Sequence record: PP813861.1
Direction: 5' to 3' (one strand)
Length of the DNA stretch: 64,000 nucleotides
Position numbers and translations under genes: made by a program
Notes under the pieces: model-generated
The model's database searches: none
Seen by the model: the letters and a program-made list of their open reading frames with translations, nothing else
Told to the model about the DNA's origin: nothing
In this document: positions 23,898-33,104 of the stretch, one piece after another
Position numbering within the stretch: position 1 is the first letter of the stretch
How the letters are laid out: each line of letters starts with the position of its first letter

Positions 23898-24358
23898 TTA
23901 ATGATCTGAGATATAGTCGTCTTGAGGCCACTTTCAAGGAAGATAGTGGTCACATCCTACATCCAAACTTTGGTTATGATAAGTTAACTGAAGATGATAC
24001 ACATTTAGATAGACTATTATCGACAGTAGGGGCAGTAAGACCGTCTACAGCAGCACGTTTAACAAGAGAAGCATATCTACTTGATTACGATATCGGTTCA
24101 CCAGAAAACGGACCCATGTGGTTAAATAAGGTAAATCCTAAAGAGGACTTTATCGAAGGTGGGTTGAGAAGGAGACTGACTAGAGATTTCTTCAAGTATA
24201 AAGTAGGTAGCTTATCTAATATGTCATTAACTGAATTCTTTGAATTAGCTTATTCTGAGGTAGAATACATAATTGAATTATGTAGAAATATTACCCATAA
24301 TGAAGCTGTTAATAACAATAACCAGTTAAATGAATTAAACAAGCCGTTAACTAAATAA
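23843..24358 (+). CDS. Start-less 172-codon frame, probably reached by a -1 frameshift from the gp77-like gene (the track shows only 24116..24358)
   Basis: Open from the TGA at 23840-23842 to the TAA at 24356-24358. There is no ATG/GTG/TTG in the first 91 codons, and it overlaps T-TTT-TTT at 23855-23861. Confidence 0.7.
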   Translation, partial: HAVNFFYFGGLEVKPDGVVNDLRYSRLEATFKEDSGHILHPNFGYDKLTEDDTHLDRLLSTVGAVRPSTAARLTREAYLLDYDIGSPENGPMWLNKVNPKEDFIEGGLRRRLTRDFFKYKVGSLSNMSLTEFFELAYSEVEYIIELCRNITHNEAVNNNNQLNELNKPLTK

Positions 24359-24371
24359 AAAAAAATAAAGA

Positions 24372-24404
24372 CATATCCCCTCTCCATATGGAGAGGGGTT
24401 TATG
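24372..24404. terminator. Bidirectional hairpin
   Basis: CATAT-CCCCTCTCC-ATAT-GGAGAGGGG-TTTATG between convergent genes. Confidence 0.75.
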
Positions 24405-24409
24405 TCGCC

Positions 24410-24553
24410 TTACTTACGTGCAAAGCTAGCTACAAGACCTTTGATAGCTAGAGCGACCATCCAGGCCGTTAACCCCTTCATTGGGCGGATATCAACCCGT
24501 TCTTCGATATCCAGATTGCCCTCACTATTGATTACCTCAATTCGTACTTGCAT
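24410..24553 (-). CDS. Unlisted 47-aa small protein with a hydrophobic C-terminus
   Basis: AAGGAG-6nt-ATG; MQVRIEVINSEGNLDIEERVDIRPMKGLTAWMVALAIKGLVASFARK*, ending at the hairpin. Confidence 0.7.
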   Translation of the reverse strand: MQVRIEVINSEGNLDIEERVDIRPMKGLTAWMVALAIKGLVASFARK

Positions 24554-24648
24554 GGTCTACTCCTTATCAGGGTGGGATATGATATTCAAAAGTCTTTTGA
24601 TATAAAGATGGCATATTACCCCACCAATAAAAGGCGGGGTAATATTTA

Positions 24649-24843
24649 TTAAACCATCAGATATCCTAATGGGAATAAAGCAAAGAAGCCATATAAAACA
24701 ACAAGCAGTGTCTTTTGGCGAACATACCGGGATTTAATACTATCTTTATCTAAGTCAAACTTGACATAAAGATAAATCTGATAACTTTTATATCCCATAC
24801 TAGCCACAAGGGCTATTACTATAAGTTGACACAAAAAGACCAT
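24649..24843 (-). CDS. Small two-TM membrane protein
   Basis: 64 aa with two hydrophobic segments. Confidence 0.6.
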   Translation of the reverse strand: MVFLCQLIVIALVASMGYKSYQIYLYVKFDLDKDSIKSRYVRQKTLLVVLYGFFALFPLGYLMV

Positions 24844-24898
24844 AGTGGGATGCTCTTATTATTAGAGAACAATGATCAATTGTTCTTACATAGCATGT

Positions 24899-25090
24899 CT
24901 ATTTAATATGCATGATTATCATATTAAATAACCACAACCCTAACATAAGGGTAAACATACTGCAAATCAAGCCACTTACAATCATTGCTTTTTGTTTGAT
25001 TGTTTTAGCAGCAGCAAGAAATATAATTGAAGTTATTAATCCACTAAATGCAATTAATAGTGGTACTAAAAATAACAATACCCGAGCCAT
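24899..25090 (-). CDS. Small two-TM membrane protein
   Basis: 63 aa, almost entirely hydrophobic; GAGGTG upstream. Confidence 0.7.
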   Translation of the reverse strand: MARVLLFLVPLLIAFSGLITSIIFLAAAKTIKQKAMIVSGLICSMFTLMLGLWLFNMIIMHIK

Positions 25091-25102
25091 ATAGACACCT
25101 CA

Positions 25103-25375
25103 TCAAAATAGATAAGTTGTACATGTCAGTGAATAGTTAGTCCAGCAACTAACAATAGTACTTACCCATATGGTAACTAATACAATGCTTACGGAGAGAA
25201 AAAGCATAGCGTACTGGCATGCACTTTTATTAAAGATATCTTTAAACTCAAGATATGTTTTAATAATAAATATCAGCATGCATGTTAGAAGAATATCAAC
25301 TAAGATCAAAGTACTGACTAGAAGCCATGTTGCACCAAAGATCTGATCAACTGTATACATTATTTCCACTCCCAT
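25103..25375 (-). CDS. Small two-TM membrane protein
   Basis: 90 aa with two hydrophobic segments. Confidence 0.65.
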   Translation of the reverse strand: MGVEIMYTVDQIFGATWLLVSTLILVDILLTCMLIFIIKTYLEFKDIFNKSACQYAMLFLSVSIVLVTIWVSTIVSCWTNYSLTCTTYLF

Positions 25376-25499
25376 AGTTTATAAGCTATAACTACAATTG
25401 TAATCATAATCAATTTTTTCTTCATTGTAAATATCCTATAGTTTTATCACATTTGTGATATACTGTTTAAAATGCTTTAAATACAAAAAATAAAAAAAG

Positions 25500-25535
25500 C
25501 ATAATCCCTCCCAACTAAGGGAGGGATCATTTATG
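25500..25535 (-). terminator. Hairpin after the helicase gene
   Basis: CATAA-TCCCTCCC-AACTAA-GGGAGGGA...TTATG, with a T-tract downstream on the minus strand. Confidence 0.75.
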
Positions 25536-25542
25536 CCATTTA

Positions 25543-27156
25543 CTATAAACGCATCATGCGCATACTTTTAGTTTTACCCATGAAATGATTTTCTTTATTT
25601 CTAGCGTATCTGCAATGATGAGGTATGTTATTACAAACCATGAATGTTAACCTTGGTATTACATCAGGCCAGTTCTTCAATGGTCTTAGTCGTCCAAGAA
25701 TTTGGATGCTGTCCTTTTTAGAGTCAGTTGCTTGTAATAGAATAACTTCCCTTAAATTCCTAATATCAACACCAGTACCAGATGATTTAATAGTTGATAC
25801 AGTGATATCATTAGTCATTAATCTATCATACGGACTACCCGAAACATGTCTATTAATCTGAAGATCTGGATATTGTTTCTTAAGATAAGCTGTCAGTACA
25901 TCGATAAAGTTTACAGTCGCGCATAATAGCAAACATTTCTGACCTTCAATACGATCCTTTATATAAACGCCATCTACAATACGTTTAACCATCTTTAAAT
26001 AGAAGTCTAGTCGCCTAGGATTCTTCATCATTACTGTTTCATAACGAGCATGGTTATATGTATTTTTAAATGGAGTTAAATAGTCCTTAGGTTTAATAGT
26101 TGGTTCACTATACAACAAGCCAATAACATTGATGTATGAGTCATATGCAGGTAACCTACACTTTGTAGTAGCAGGTAGCATGACATCAATCATTTTAGTA
26201 ACAAACTGATTACCAGTGTATGGGGTAGCTGATAAATAGATTTGTTTATTGACATTGGTATATAGATCAGTACGAAATACTAATCCTGGATCTTCTTGAA
26301 TCTCATCGTTGATCTGCCAACCTGCTCCAATAACCTCATGGAATCTAGGTGGTGGTACATTAAATCCAACTACATCGATTTTTTCACCTAATCGTTCAAA
26401 AGTATCGATATATGCACGGTATGTTGTAGAACTAATGAGAATAATTTCAACACCCTCTAAATCATTCTCTAGGCCGCGATTAATTAGATTCTGTAATTCA
26501 GCAGATCCTGATACTTTTAAATATTTTATACCTAGCTGATCTTCATAACCAACAAATGTTTCTTTTAATGCTTTCTCCCAAATACCGAAATATTTAGGTG
26601 GAATCATAACAACACCACGTTCTTTCATTACTGCAACTGAAGCTAAACTAGTTAAGGTTTTACCTTTACCAGTCTGTAAATCAACACGTGCTGAATGTAA
26701 ATGTGGTCTTAGAATATCTTCGCGGATGGTTTCCTGATAATCCCTTAGAACATAATGTTCAAATAAAGTATAGTCTACTTTAACAGCTGTTGGTACAGGA
26801 ATATCTACAATTTCAATTCTAGTAGATGGTATATTCTTATCGGCCAGATAATTAATAAGTTCTTGAAGACATTCACGATGGATGAATACAGATTTACCAT
26901 CTTCTGTTTCACCATAATATTTTTTCTTTATTTCCATTATGGTGCGTTGACCAGGTATCTTCTTAGGTTCTTTTAAAACCAGTTTATTAAGATATCCAGT
27001 CATCTTTAAGTATGTTTCCCGATCGTAACCGGATAAACGAACACCATGGGTGTATCGTTCTGCTGTAAGAATCGGTTTCATAAAAAAATCAACGATCGGT
27101 AAGGGGAGCAGTGCTCCCCAAACCTCACGTCCTCCACGTCTATCGCAGTTTACCAC
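25543..27156 (-). CDS. SF2 helicase, gp75-like (likely start 27081, MKPIL)
   Basis: Q motif LRDYQ, Walker A QTGKGKT, motif II NDEIQ, motif III LSATP, motif VI QILGRLR. Confidence 0.9.
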   Translation of the reverse strand: MVNCDRRGGREVWGALLPLPIVDFFMKPILTAERYTHGVRLSGYDRETYLKMTGYLNKLVLKEPKKIPGQRTIMEIKKKYYGETEDGKSVFIHRECLQELINYLADKNIPSTRIEIVDIPVPTAVKVDYTLFEHYVLRDYQETIREDILRPHLHSARVDLQTGKGKTLTSLASVAVMKERGVVMIPPKYFGIWEKALKETFVGYEDQLGIKYLKVSGSAELQNLINRGLENDLEGVEIILISSTTYRAYIDTFERLGEKIDVVGFNVPPPRFHEVIGAGWQINDEIQEDPGLVFRTDLYTNVNKQIYLSATPYTGNQFVTKMIDVMLPATTKCRLPAYDSYINVIGLLYSEPTIKPKDYLTPFKNTYNHARYETVMMKNPRRLDFYLKMVKRIVDGVYIKDRIEGQKCLLLCATVNFIDVLTAYLKKQYPDLQINRHVSGSPYDRLMTNDITVSTIKSSGTGVDIRNLREVILLQATDSKKDSIQILGRLRPLKNWPDVIPRLTFMVCNNIPHHCRYARNKENHFMGKTKSMRMMRL

Positions 27157-29173
27157 CTTTAACTAGTAAGTCATATGGATGGTCATTCCTCATCTTGTTA
27201 AGGAAACTGCCTGGGTTATTTAGTGGCTCATGCTGCTTTTCGAAAGCCATCGCACCACCTAAACTACGACATTGCATTAGCCTATTATATTTTTCAAATT
27301 GACCATTAATGCCGGGTTTAGGTAAACGATAGTCTCGATATTGAGCTGAACGGATCATCATAGCGTATATCAAGATCTCACAATGGGAAATATTAAGGCT
27401 AATCTTTTCATTAGCCATTGTTGCAAATACAGGTAGTGCTTCAATTGGTGACTTGTAGTTTTTAAGATACGTTTTAGATGTATATCCAACTTTCTCAGTG
27501 CTTAGTTTACCTGCCTCGGCTGAGTCACTACCGGAATGTAAGAAACTTTGGAATCGTTTCATTACTTCATACATGTTTACGTGCTTATTTGGTAGCGTTA
27601 AGAATGGTAGGTTAAAATCAAAACCACGAAGACTAATGACGATATTGTCTCGCTGATCTAGTTCCCAACGGACCATCTTAATATGCTTTAGCATTTCAAT
27701 AGATAGACTAGCCCTACGGTTATACAGCGACACAGTCAGAACATCACCACATTCACCATTCACCTCATCATCATAGACTAGGGCCAGGCTGGTTAGTTCA
27801 GTAGCTGAAGTAGCTGGATATGCAGTAAGGTCATCAATCATTAAAATGTCAGCAAGGTTTTCTGCCTCTGACCGTGCGATTACTAAACGATAATCCTTCT
27901 GAGTAAGTTCTTTCTTTAGATATAGTGTCTCTGGGATTTCACCTGTTCTTAAATAATTACTTTCAATTTTGCCAAGTTTATATTGTTCTACAGCAGAAGA
28001 CGCATCGGTGTGTTTAGTAGACAATACTGCTGAAGTAATTTTGTCACCCATCGATACGGCAGCAACCTGACCGATATTAGTTCCTTTTGGAATATTGATA
28101 CCTAGTCGGCCATAACAAGTCATACAGATACCCTGACTATCTGGATGATTACATCCAAATACAGACCTGAATTTCTGTTTAGTTCCAATTAGGTGTGTTT
28201 CATTTCCACGGATCCAGTCTAGTTTACCATCTTCTTTTTGATAATATTTTCCTTTGAATGCTTTTAAAGTTAACTTAGTTACAGGATACTCAGCTAAGAT
28301 TGTGGTCTTACAATCACCAGGATGTAGCCTTTGGACATATTGTGCAATAAGCTGAGATTTCCGGTTAAAGTATTCAGTTACTCGCAGTAGTTCTTTGTTA
28401 TATAGTAGTGCTTTAGTACCTGAACGAGATTCAATCATATTCTCATACAGATTCCAAATACCATCAATATAACCAGTTGTTACCGGATATTTAAAGATAT
28501 CTGAGTTAATGTCAGTTGGAAAGCCCCGCCAAGCAAATGCTTGTAGAAGCTGTTCAGTTTTCTGAGTACCAGAACGAAGACCTTCAATGATGCTGTTACC
28601 AATGAATTGGGTAGGATCATTAAATACTTCTTTGACTTTACCATAACTAATTTTTTCGATACCATAAGTAGTTGGTTCGATATTATGGTTAGCCTCACGT
28701 ACCTTGGGATGATTATATACTTCAGCAATATCAAACATCGACAAGGTTGCTAGATATTCAGACAGTTTCACAGTGGTCTGATTATACAGCCAGTTCTTAC
28801 CTTCAATAGCCAGTTTAGATAGTACTTCAGGATCTACTGTTTCACCTGACCAATCATAGATGTTCCAAATAGCCTTATTTAAATGCTTAACCATGGCCTT
28901 AGATGTTACTCGGCCACCTTCAACATTTAGATAATCTTTAGGGTTATCAGTTAAGATGCGATTGAAATCGATATGGTGATCAGATGGAATTGGGCAATCT
29001 TTATAATGTTTAAGAGGATACCAACACAGAACGGATAATTTGGTAATACGGTCAACTGACACAACCGTTTTACCATCATCAAATTCGATTAGATGCCATT
29101 CTGAAGGGAGTGACCATAAATCATCATAACTTAGATTTAGAAGATCACGCGCTTTATAACGATTAAGATTCAT
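27140..29173 (-). CDS. Non-virion RNAP beta-prime C-terminal subunit, gp74-like
   Basis: 677 aa; WRGFPTD, bridge-helix-like YFNRKSQL, Zn site CNHP...CMTCYG, VLSTKH. Confidence 0.9.
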   Translation of the reverse strand: MNLNRYKARDLLNLSYDDLWSLPSEWHLIEFDDGKTVVSVDRITKLSVLCWYPLKHYKDCPIPSDHHIDFNRILTDNPKDYLNVEGGRVTSKAMVKHLNKAIWNIYDWSGETVDPEVLSKLAIEGKNWLYNQTTVKLSEYLATLSMFDIAEVYNHPKVREANHNIEPTTYGIEKISYGKVKEVFNDPTQFIGNSIIEGLRSGTQKTEQLLQAFAWRGFPTDINSDIFKYPVTTGYIDGIWNLYENMIESRSGTKALLYNKELLRVTEYFNRKSQLIAQYVQRLHPGDCKTTILAEYPVTKLTLKAFKGKYYQKEDGKLDWIRGNETHLIGTKQKFRSVFGCNHPDSQGICMTCYGRLGINIPKGTNIGQVAAVSMGDKITSAVLSTKHTDASSAVEQYKLGKIESNYLRTGEIPETLYLKKELTQKDYRLVIARSEAENLADILMIDDLTAYPATSATELTSLALVYDDEVNGECGDVLTVSLYNRRASLSIEMLKHIKMVRWELDQRDNIVISLRGFDFNLPFLTLPNKHVNMYEVMKRFQSFLHSGSDSAEAGKLSTEKVGYTSKTYLKNYKSPIEALPVFATMANEKISLNISHCEILIYAMMIRSAQYRDYRLPKPGINGQFEKYNRLMQCRSLGGAMAFEKQHEPLNNPGSFLNKMRNDHPYDLLVKGGKLR

Positions 29174-29203
29174 TATTTACCTCTTGTATTATTAAACCCC
29201 TGA

Positions 29204-30127
29204 TCAATGATCAGGGGCATATTCTAATGCAATACCACTACATTCAAGCAGGTGATCAAACATAGCTACTGGGCGAGATCCACCAAATGGAATCTTTTCA
29301 CGATCAACTGCAACTGGTACAGATGAAGGTTTTTCTGCTGTTAGCCAAGACTCGATAACCGCAGCATGCGCCAATGGGTTATTAGTTTGGTCTAAGATTT
29401 CAGCAGTCGGACCTGGACCAACTGTACAGTTATATGACCGAGTTTCAGATTCACCGAATGATCGAATAGCTGTTTCTCGACCAGGAGTACTAGCCCTATC
29501 AGCGTTGTTTAACTTAGAAGGTAGACCAAATGGTTGTGTTTTTACAGATGCTGCTGCTGACCAGTCTTCACCAATCTTTTCTAGTAGCATCATGTAAAGT
29601 GGACCCATTAAGACATTGTCTTTAGTTGTTACCCACTTACCAGCTTGATCTCGATAAGATACCTTTCCATAGTGTGGTCGATACTTATCACTATTAATTA
29701 ACTTATTAACTGCTGCCATTAGATCCACTGGATCATCGACTGGTGCGTAGATATATGGAAACCCATCCATTAGTACTGTTTTAACATGTTCTGCTGGATT
29801 TGGGTGTTCCATCATTTTACTATGCATTGTTGGAGCAATGATCTCATAGAAACCTAATAGTTCTTTAAATGCATAATCAACCCATTGGGTGTTACTCATT
29901 ACACTATTTAGCTGTTGCTGGGTTGGTTTAGCATGTCGATCTAGTCCAGCTTCAACGCGTAGGCGTTGAGCTAGATCTCGTGCAGCTGCGCCAAAACCAT
30001 GTTCATAAATTCGACCATAATTTGAACGACGCATAGTTGAACCACCAAAGATAATTAGATCTGCCCTATTACCATTTTCGTCAATAGGCATATCTTCATC
30101 TTCCATTACCTTACAGATGACACCTTT
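29204..30127 (-). CDS. Non-virion RNAP beta C-terminal subunit, exon 2 (gp73)
   Basis: Begins KGVICKVMEDEDMP immediately after the intron terminal G; completes the HGGKGV motif; GESE motif present. Confidence 0.9.
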   Translation of the reverse strand, partial: KGVICKVMEDEDMPIDENGNRADLIIFGGSTMRRSNYGRIYEHGFGAAARDLAQRLRVEAGLDRHAKPTQQQLNSVMSNTQWVDYAFKELLGFYEIIAPTMHSKMMEHPNPAEHVKTVLMDGFPYIYAPVDDPVDLMAAVNKLINSDKYRPHYGKVSYRDQAGKWVTTKDNVLMGPLYMMLLEKIGEDWSAAASVKTQPFGLPSKLNNADRASTPGRETAIRSFGESETRSYNCTVGPGPTAEILDQTNNPLAHAAVIESWLTAEKPSSVPVAVDREKIPFGGSRPVAMFDHLLECSGIALEYAPDH

Positions 30128-31345
30128 CGTTATGTTCAGGTAAGTTCGCTACGCTTACCCCGCCTCTCGTATTGCAGGCAGCTGCATGTCGCCATGCAGA
30201 CCAGACTATATCTTGACCTTCACCCTAGGTGGTCAGGCCCCTCCCATTTCCACTCGCTTGAGTGTACTCCGCGTAACCGGATAGTCGTTGAACGTTCAAT
30301 CCATTTCTGGAAAGCTTCGCTGCTGATTGTCTCAATGAGATGTCCCAGCAATTAGAGAGGATTTACTTGACTCTTTCGAAATCAAGCAGGCAATTTGAAA
30401 ATATCCATCCATCCAGTTTTCCACCATTTTTTATCCGATGTTTAATAACTGAACGGTCTACATTGAAGTGTTTTGCGCAACTAGTTAATGACATAAATCC
30501 AATACATTTATTATTTTTGATAGCTTGTATGAATTGTCTTTTACTACCAGCTGTAGCTCTATGTACTCTATATTGTTCTTCAATATAAGAGTCTCTTACT
30601 ATAAATTTATAAGCTGGATATTTCTCTGCTGCGTACTTTGCAAGACCAGGAATTGATCGCCCATATGGACTATCGTAAAGTTGATAAGTTTTTAGAAAGA
30701 CTACAGTAGAGTATAATTCTTTAGCTGTATTATTCTGATCAATAACTATCACCATATATCGTGATGGTTTGACAAGTTCTGTTCGATGTTCATAAAACCA
30801 CGGGGTGGTTTCATTTGCATATTTGAACTCAAACTTACCTGCGATCAACTTACCAAACATTTTCGGTTTTAACATTGCATATGGGGTATCTTTTGAAAGA
30901 CCCATATATGCACATGCCTGGGCTATTGAATTAAATGCCATTACTTGTTTAGTATAGAAGCATCTAATATAACAAGCAATAGGATCACGTCTCAACCCAG
31001 TATTAACGGCATGGTAGTTATTACCCGAATAATCTGTCCATTCTAAATTCGTATGATAATTGTTGAGTGTATTACCATCTTTATGATTTACTACTGTAAA
31101 ATTATCAGGGGAATTATTTTTTATCCAAGCTAAAGCTACTGCTCGGTGGACAGGTAATGTTCTAGTTAGTGATCCACGAAAGACACTAACTACTTTGTAA
31201 CCATTCAGTAAAAATGGAGATAGGATTAAATCTTTTTCTATAGATTTAATTACTCCATTTTTAGTTACAGTATAGTTTTCATAACCTGGTATTACTCTAA
31301 ACTCTTCATTCATCTCATCTCCTAAAAGATGGATGGATATTAATT
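30128..31345 (-). mobile_element. Group I intron with homing endonuclease in the nvRNAP beta gene
   Basis: P AAUUGCUGG, Q AAUCAGCAG, R GUUCAACGACUA and S AAGAUAUAGUCUG elements. The 5' exon ends in U and the intron ends in G; splicing restores DFHGG|KGV. Confidence 0.92.
30363..31313 (-). CDS. Intron-encoded HNH homing endonuclease (NUMOD4-HNH-NUMOD1 type), gp72-like
   Basis: FRVIPGYENY (NUMOD4), VHRAVA...NHKDGNTLNN..NLEW (HNH), C-terminal HTH-like repeats. Confidence 0.9.
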   Translation of the reverse strand: MNEEFRVIPGYENYTVTKNGVIKSIEKDLILSPFLLNGYKVVSVFRGSLTRTLPVHRAVALAWIKNNSPDNFTVVNHKDGNTLNNYHTNLEWTDYSGNNYHAVNTGLRRDPIACYIRCFYTKQVMAFNSIAQACAYMGLSKDTPYAMLKPKMFGKLIAGKFEFKYANETTPWFYEHRTELVKPSRYMVIVIDQNNTAKELYSTVVFLKTYQLYDSPYGRSIPGLAKYAAEKYPAYKFIVRDSYIEEQYRVHRATAGSKRQFIQAIKNNKCIGFMSLTSCAKHFNVDRSVIKHRIKNGGKLDGWIFSNCLLDFERVK

Positions 31346-32524
31346 ACCACCATGAAAATCAGTCATCTTAAAAGCACCAGCTGGCATCTTCTGAGCTTTA
31401 TAGGTTACTTCAACTCGCCATTCATCCAGTGGATCTAGTCGATAGAATCGAGATAGTTTACGGACATTATCAGGTTGAGGTAGGAACATCTGTGCAGTTA
31501 CAATAAGACGTTCAAATTCCTCAGTGATATGTAGATCATCTTTACGACGTGCTAATAGACCACGATAAATCTTTAATAGTTCTCGATAATAACTGCTAAG
31601 ATGAGTATGATATTTAACTAATTGTGCATCCATCCCTGTTGGAGTAGGGGATGGATTTACACGCTCATCTCGCCAGATATCAATATCAATAACCTTCGCA
31701 CCAGGTGTGCCAATAACAGCTCTATCGAAAGTTCTATCTAGTGTACGAAGTGCCCTAGGAGTCATCTCGGCAGGAGCTAGATCATCATCATGGTCACGGA
31801 TGGCGAAGATTACGCCATCTGGTCGGATAACATCACCAATGTCTGGGAATGGTTTATAGACCTTATCATCGCCATACATGTTTAAGAAGAAAGCTTTCCT
31901 ACCAGCATTAGCTACAGCCGTGCTATAACTAGTTGGCATCATCCTTTTAAGGAAATTCTTATTAGCTACAAATCCATCTTCAATGGTACCTGCGGCAGAT
32001 AGGAATACAACATTAGCATTAACACCCATCCCTAAAGTACCATCTTTCTTAACTGCACCAGACTGTGCAATTACTGTGTCTTTAGAGAACATTTCATTTG
32101 GGGCAATGGTTTCCCACACTTCTCGATTCTTTACAAGTTCATAACCAAAGTCTTGGTGATGACTCATGTACTCGGGAACATGTAAGACACCAATGGTTTT
32201 ATATTTGTCAAAATAGTTTTCGTAGATAATAGTTGTTACCGGGTTAGATCTAATACTGTCTTTACCAATACCCGTTGGATATTTTCTAAGAACATGTAGT
32301 ACACGACAATCCTCAGGAAAACGAACATCATGTGTATACTTGGCATACTCTAATTCAGCACCCGTTAGGAAATAACGCGATTCATTTCCATTTACTTCTG
32401 GTGCCTGGCCAATATGTGTTACAAACATAGCACCCCGTGCAGATGAGGTAGTGCCATACCAAGGATCTAAACCAGTATGTCCTAATAGGGTTAGATCAAT
32501 TTCACGTTTACCTAGCTCAGCCAT
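31346..32524 (-). CDS. Non-virion RNAP beta C-terminal subunit, exon 1 (gp71)
   Basis: SSARGAMF, GVNANVVFL, IEDGF and terminal KMTDFHGG; the track ORF reads two codons into the intron. Confidence 0.9.
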
Positions 32525-32636
32525 TTTGTTTATCACCATTAATTAGACAAGATGCAGTACTACTATATTTCTTATTTGCACTGTTTTTAGCTATAACCTT
32601 TTGTGAGACTTCAATGTCTGGTATCACCAATTTCAT
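32517..32636 (-). CDS. Unlisted 39-aa leader ORF overlapping the gp71 start
   Basis: Perfect SD AGGAGGT then ATG; MKLVIPDIEVSQKVIAKNSANKKYSSTASCLINGDKQNG*; overlap ATGGCTGA. Confidence 0.55.
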   Translation of the reverse strand: MKLVIPDIEVSQKVIAKNSANKKYSSTASCLINGDKQNG

Positions 32637-32662
32637 ACCTCCTGTTTACTAATTACAAATCA

Positions 32663-32687
32663 ATGATATAGATCTTAAATAAAATTT
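32663..32687 (-). promoter_or_regulatory. Early-type phage promoter
   Basis: AAATTTTATTTAAGATCTATATCAT, a variant of the phiKZ early TATATTAC motif. Confidence 0.7.
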
Positions 32688-32688
32688 A

Positions 32689-33063
32689 TTGGAATTTGTT
32701 ATGGCATTCACACTGTTAGCTAATCAGCCAGATTCAGGTGAATCTGTTTATTATGAACCAGGGTTCAGATTAATTATTGAGACTCATTTGAATATCTTAC
32801 GTAATGTCAGATCCACACGTATTCAAATTCCACCTGAACTGTATTACCAGTTCGAAGGAAACTTTTATGGATACATGGCAGAACGCCGTGTCAATCCTGA
32901 TATGTGGTGGATTCAAATGCGTGTTAATGGTTTAGTTAGCCCTTATGATTTTGGTAAAGTTCTAAGGGATCCTTCAGCTAATGATTACACCAGCTATTTA
33001 ATCATACCGAATAACGACATGATTCAACACCTCGTTAGCCTATATCAAACTAAAAAGTTTTAA
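32689..33063 (+). CDS. Small protein, candidate T4 gp53/LysM-like baseplate component (likely start MAFTLL)
   Basis: FYGY...DMWWIQMRVNGLVSPYDF resembles the gp53/gpX pattern Yg...lwW.i...N.i.dP.df (recalled, not searched). Confidence 0.45.
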   Translation: MEFVMAFTLLANQPDSGESVYYEPGFRLIIETHLNILRNVRSTRIQIPPELYYQFEGNFYGYMAERRVNPDMWWIQMRVNGLVSPYDFGKVLRDPSANDYTSYLIIPNNDMIQHLVSLYQTKKF

Positions 33064-33069
33064 AGCAAG

Positions 33070-33099
33070 CCAGGGGACCCTTAGGCCCCCTGGTTTATG
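33070..33099. terminator. Hairpin between convergent genes
   Basis: CCAGGGG-ACCCTTAGG-CCCCTGG then TTTATG. Confidence 0.65.
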
Positions 33100-33104
33100 C
33101 CGTA

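Noticed and set aside
24402-24605. 67-aa plus-strand ORF in the track
   Set aside because: It starts within a terminator hairpin flank. The opposite-strand 47-aa ORF has a proper AAGGAG SD and fits the operon.
24613-24645. Inverted repeat ATATTACCCC...GGGGTAATAT resembling two back-to-back early promoters
   Set aside because: It sits right after a stop codon, lacks the AGAT block, and is more simply a terminator hairpin.
26290-26320. Helicase motif II reads DEIQ instead of DEAH/DExH
   Set aside because: Both acidic catalytic residues are intact and the other motifs are complete; this is within normal SF2 variation, not inactivation.
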